64,000 nt of DNA, taken from positions 1,024,001 through 1,088,000 of the forward strand of contig OZ219790.1 in the NCBI GenBank assembly GCA_964291215.2, given 5' to 3'. The notes beneath the pieces are model-generated. The model saw only the letters and a program-made list of their open reading frames with translations. It did not search any database and was not told the origin of the DNA. A program made the position numbers and the translations under genes. Position 1 is the first letter of the stretch. The number at the start of each line of letters is the position of its first letter. Source of the stretch: Alphaproteobacteria bacterium (GTDB lineage Bacteria > Pseudomonadota > Alphaproteobacteria > MPNO01 > UBA830). Positions 60,453 to 64,000 of this stretch are shown in pieces.

Positions 60453-62414
60453 TCACCTCGCCGCGGCCCGGCGTACGACCAGAATTTCGCTGCCGACCGC
60501 TGCCACGGTAATGACGAATCCGGCCGCCTCGACATAGATCGCCACCGCGAATGCCTCGGCCGGAATCAGGAGCATCATCCCGCCAGCCATGAATGCGATG
60601 CGCATGACCACGCTGAGAGGGCGCCGGAAATATCCCTGTATGCCGCAGGTCGTCACCCACACGCCGGCGACGGCGGTGACGAAGGCGAATACCACGTCCA
60701 GCGGCGCTCCCTGCATGATCAGGTTCGGTGACATGATGAACATGACCGGAACCACCAGCGCCGTCCACCCGAGGCGAACGGCCGTCACCGCGGTCGCCAT
60801 CGGCCCCGCACCCGCAAGGTTGGCGGCAACGAACGCGGCGATCGCCACCGGCGGCGTAATCAGCGACACGATCCCGAAATAGAACACGTACATGTGGGCG
60901 GCTATGGGGTTGATCCCGAGCTGGATCAATGGCGGCGCGGCAATAATCGACACCAGGAGGTAGATTGCGGTCGTGGGCATGCCCATGCCGAGGATGATGC
61001 AGATCACCGCGGTCAGCGCCAGCAGCACGACCAGGTTGCCCTCGCCCAGCCGCACCAGGGCCTGGGTGAGCGCCTCCCCGAGGCCGGTGGCGCCGAGAAT
61101 TCCGATGATCACCCCGGCCATGGCGCCTATGACAACGATCTCGCTCCCGCCGCGTACGCCGGTGTCACGAACCGCGCTGACGATCTCCAGGACACGCATC
61201 CGCCGGCCCTTGTGGCTGAAGATCCAGTTCATGACGACGACCGTCGCTCCCGACCACAGTGCAGCAGTCTCGGGCGGCCGGTTGAGCGAAAACAGCGCGT
61301 AGACCAGCACCATGAAGGGGAGGATGAAGAACCATCCCTCCTTGAAGGTCGGCCAGATTGCCGGAATGAGTTCGGACGGCACCGGCAGGATGTTCTTCTT
61401 CGCCGCTTCGAGATCGGCATAGATGAATACCGCGACATAGTAGAGAAGAGCGGGAATGACGGCCGCGATCACGACCTCGGTGTACGAGATCTCGAGAATT
61501 TCGGCCATGAGGAACGCGGCCGCGCCCATGATCGGCGGCATGATCTGGCCGCCGGTCGACGCCACCGCCTCGAAGGCCCCGGCCACCTTGGCCTCATAGC
61601 CGCCGCGCTTCATCAGCGGAATGGTGATGAGCCCGGTCGACGCAACATTGGACACGGCCGTTCCCGATATCGCGCCGAACATGCCGGACGCGATAACCGC
61701 GATCTTGGCCGAGCCGCCACGCTGGCGCCCGATCAGCGCGGTCGCGATGCTGGTCAGCCATTCCGAGGCCCCGCCCTTGAGCAGAAGCTGGCCGAAGAAA
61801 ACGAACGGCAGGACAACGATCACCACAATCGTCAGCGGCAGCCCGAGAATCGCGACGCTGTCCGCCGTCAGGGACGAGGTAAGGTACTCTAGGCTGTTCT
61901 CGCTGGCCTGCAGCATTCCCGGGACATGGTGGCCGAGGATCGCATAGGCTATGAACACCAGCATGATCGCCGTCAGGCTCCAGCCGGCGGTGCGCCGGAT
62001 CGCCTCCACGGTGAGCGGGATGAGCACAAAGCCGATCGTCGCCGCCTCGGAGCGGAGCTCGAACAGTTCGTCCTGCAGCACGGGGAAGCGAACCGCAAGG
62101 TAGGCGCCGGCGCCGAGGCCGATCACTGCAAGCGCGATGTCCCAGACCGGAACCGTCCGTTTGACAACTCCCGGGCGAAACGGTGACTTGATGAAGATGA
62201 TGCCGAGAGCAAGGCCGAGCGCAAGGGCCATGCCCTGTTCGGTAAAGATCTGCCAGCCCATCTCGAGATGGATCTGGGACGCGTAGAAAATCGGAATCAG
62301 CGCCAGGCACCCGCCCAGACACGCCACGGCTCGAGCCCAGAATTGCACGAGTTCGAGGTCGGTATCGCCCTCGCTGTGGACGACGTCAGGCCGTGCCCGT
62401 TCCGTGTTTGCCAT
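60453..62414 (-). CDS. TRAP transporter fused 4TM/12TM permease (TAXI type)
   Basis: GGSAKIAV, EAVASTGGQIMPPIMGAAAF, LGMGMPT, ITPPVA. Confidence 0.93.
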   Translation of the reverse strand: MANTERARPDVVHSEGDTDLELVQFWARAVACLGGCLALIPIFYASQIHLEMGWQIFTEQGMALALGLALGIIFIKSPFRPGVVKRTVPVWDIALAVIGLGAGAYLAVRFPVLQDELFELRSEAATIGFVLIPLTVEAIRRTAGWSLTAIMLVFIAYAILGHHVPGMLQASENSLEYLTSSLTADSVAILGLPLTIVVIVVLPFVFFGQLLLKGGASEWLTSIATALIGRQRGGSAKIAVIASGMFGAISGTAVSNVASTGLITIPLMKRGGYEAKVAGAFEAVASTGGQIMPPIMGAAAFLMAEILEISYTEVVIAAVIPALLYYVAVFIYADLEAAKKNILPVPSELIPAIWPTFKEGWFFILPFMVLVYALFSLNRPPETAALWSGATVVVMNWIFSHKGRRMRVLEIVSAVRDTGVRGGSEIVVIGAMAGVIIGILGATGLGEALTQALVRLGEGNLVVLLALTAVICIILGMGMPTTAIYLLVSIIAAPPLIQLGINPIAAHMYVFYFGIVSLITPPVAIAAFVAANLAGAGPMATAVTAVRLGWTALVVPVMFIMSPNLIMQGAPLDVVFAFVTAVAGVWVTTCGIQGYFRRPLSVVMRIAFMAGGMMLLIPAEAFAVAIYVEAAGFVITVAAVGSEILVVRRAAAR

Positions 62415-62431
62415 GCCGTGAATCGCCTGTA

Positions 62432-62467
62432 CGCCATGTCCGCCGGACCGGTCCGGCGGACATGGCG
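62432..62467. repeat. perfect 36-bp palindrome between TRAP binding-protein and permease genes
   Basis: CGCCATGTCCGCCGGACC|GGTCCGGCGGACATGGCG. Confidence 0.9.
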
Positions 62468-62519
62468 CCGACCCGCGCCGTGGGCAGGCGGATCGAACCT
62501 GGACGGAATCCGGGCTCGC

Positions 62520-63461
62520 CTAGATGCCGGCTTCCTTGTAGAACTTCAACGCTCCCGCATGATAGGACAGACCCTGATCCTTGGGCATCCGCTTGGCGCT
62601 GAAGCTTGCCCAGATCGGGCTGACGGCATGAAGTTCCTTCTCGCTCCCGGCCAGTGCCTTGACGACCCTGTACACCGTCTCGTTCGGCACCTTGTTGTGG
62701 GTAAAGAGCATGAAGTCGTAGCCGAACAGCACGGCCGGTTCCCTGATGGCTACATAGGCCTTCTTCTTCTCCACCCGTTCATACTGGCCGCCACGAAGGT
62801 GCTTGACCGCGGTCTTGGCACCGGCGGTATCGGTATTCAGGCTGATATAACGGACACCGCTCGGAATCTTCGCATTCATATCCTTGTTCGGACCGCCGCC
62901 GACCCCCGCCATCGCGACATCGACCTTGCCCTGCTTGAACAGGTTCCAGTGCTGCCTGAGTCCGACTGCGGGCACCTGCTTGACGTCCTTCCAGGTCAGG
63001 CCGGCATTTGCCAGGAATGCGCTGAAATAGGCCTGGAACAGCGGCGCACCCTTGAAGCCGCTGGCCATGCGCTTGCCCTTGAGATCCTCGATCTTGCGGA
63101 TGTCGGTGTCGTTGCGGACCAGAAGACCGGTGCGGAACCGCACCAGCGTGGCCACAAGTTCGAGATTCTTGTAAGGCTGTTTCGAGAGATCGCGCCCATC
63201 CTTGGCCATCGTGTACTGGACGATGTTGGACAGGCCGAACTCGAGCTCCCCGGCGTCGACGACCGGAATGTACTTCTGGGTGCCGCCCATGACCTGACGG
63301 CGCATTTTCAGATCTGTCTTGTTGTTGACGATCTTGGAGATCGCAGTCGTCATGGCCGCGACCACCGAACCCTTGGTGCTGCCGATGCCGATGGTCTGCG
63401 CACCTGCCGATCCGGCCATGAACAGCGCTGTCGCGGCAGCGGTCACTATCAAACGGGTCAT
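62520..63461 (-). CDS. TAXI family TRAP solute-binding protein
   Basis: Signal peptide, IEDLKGKR, VYRVVKAL, YHAGALKFYKEAG; RBS AAGGGAGA; start re-called at 63461. Confidence 0.92.
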   Translation of the reverse strand: MTRLIVTAAATALFMAGSAGAQTIGIGSTKGSVVAAMTTAISKIVNNKTDLKMRRQVMGGTQKYIPVVDAGELEFGLSNIVQYTMAKDGRDLSKQPYKNLELVATLVRFRTGLLVRNDTDIRKIEDLKGKRMASGFKGAPLFQAYFSAFLANAGLTWKDVKQVPAVGLRQHWNLFKQGKVDVAMAGVGGGPNKDMNAKIPSGVRYISLNTDTAGAKTAVKHLRGGQYERVEKKKAYVAIREPAVLFGYDFMLFTHNKVPNETVYRVVKALAGSEKELHAVSPIWASFSAKRMPKDQGLSYHAGALKFYKEAGI

Positions 63462-64000
63462 CTGTGTTCTCCCTTGCAAGACATGCAATTCCACTGGGAC
63501 TTACAACGAATGGTTGACAACACCCGATGCACTGCTTTAGCAGCACGGCGTTGTACGTTGGCAGGGACAGTAGTACCCCGCTTGTACCATGTCGGCAACC
63601 GGCGTCAGGGAACTCTGACGCAGCCGGACGGGGAGGCAGCCGGGTTGTCTGGCTAATGAACGGTCAAGACCGCAGGGTTGTGCATTGGCACGACAGCGCG
63701 AAGGTGTCCGGAAGGTTGGGCAAGAGCCGATCAACGCTCCCGTGAAGTCCATCGCGCCCCGCCCTCACCGGTGGGGCGCTTCGTCACATCAACTTTGCGC
63801 AACTGCTCGCCCCCCTGCTACCGGGCGTGTCCTGGTACGACGCCTGATTTCCCATTGGCCGGTTCTTCAGCTGGCATGCATGGCTGTTGGCAACATGGCA
63901 TTGGCCTCGGGGAGATAGCGGAGGCGGTCTTGGGATCGAACGATGGCGGTGTCCATTTTACATCGCATCCTGGCCCGGTAGCAGTCCTGGTCACGGGCGA

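Noticed and set aside
63500-64000. Short ORFs at the right edge of the window
   Set aside because: No recognisable motifs in the frames examined; cannot be interpreted without the adjacent sequence.
1-64000. CRISPR array, tRNA/rRNA genes, prophage, integrase, selenocysteine recoding
   Set aside because: No regularly spaced repeats, T-loop or rRNA signatures, phage or recombinase genes, or in-frame TGA at catalytic Cys positions were seen by eye.

Overview
GC-rich alphaproteobacterial chromosome segment. Gene content (irr, mucR, olsAB, cobST, glyQS) and gene order suggest a Rhodospirillales-like organism; this is inference. Most of the window is conserved housekeeping: ubiA/gshA/tldD; coaBC-dut-moeB; a long minus-strand run mucR-fur-olsB-olsA-miaB-phoH-ybeY-corC-lnt-metK-trmB...rimP-nusA-ylxR-infB-rbfA-truB-rpsO-pnp...irr; glyQS; ispB; rpmB; cobST; and a TAXI-TRAP transporter. 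Five accessory pieces interrupt it. (1) An overlapping-gene operon encodes a LigA/LigB-type dioxygenase with an altered active-site motif, a cysteine hydrolase and a sirtuin. (2) A ~3 kb region (8.1-11 kb) holds decayed ISAzo13- and IS1634-like transposases, two near-consensus sigma70 promoters, a candidate sRNA and an inverted-repeat pair. (3) Two copies of a ~193-bp non-coding MITE each have terminal inverted repeats, their own 9-bp target-site duplication and a multi-hairpin fold. (4) A rubrerythrin / Fe-S oxidoreductase / DUF3501 module has an Irr-type box and is followed by an orphan DNA methyltransferase. (5) An aryl-CoA catabolic insert lies between trmB and rimP. No tRNA, rRNA or CRISPR array was recognised. 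All family calls come from motifs recognised by eye, no database search was run, and several start codons were re-called from the ORF track.
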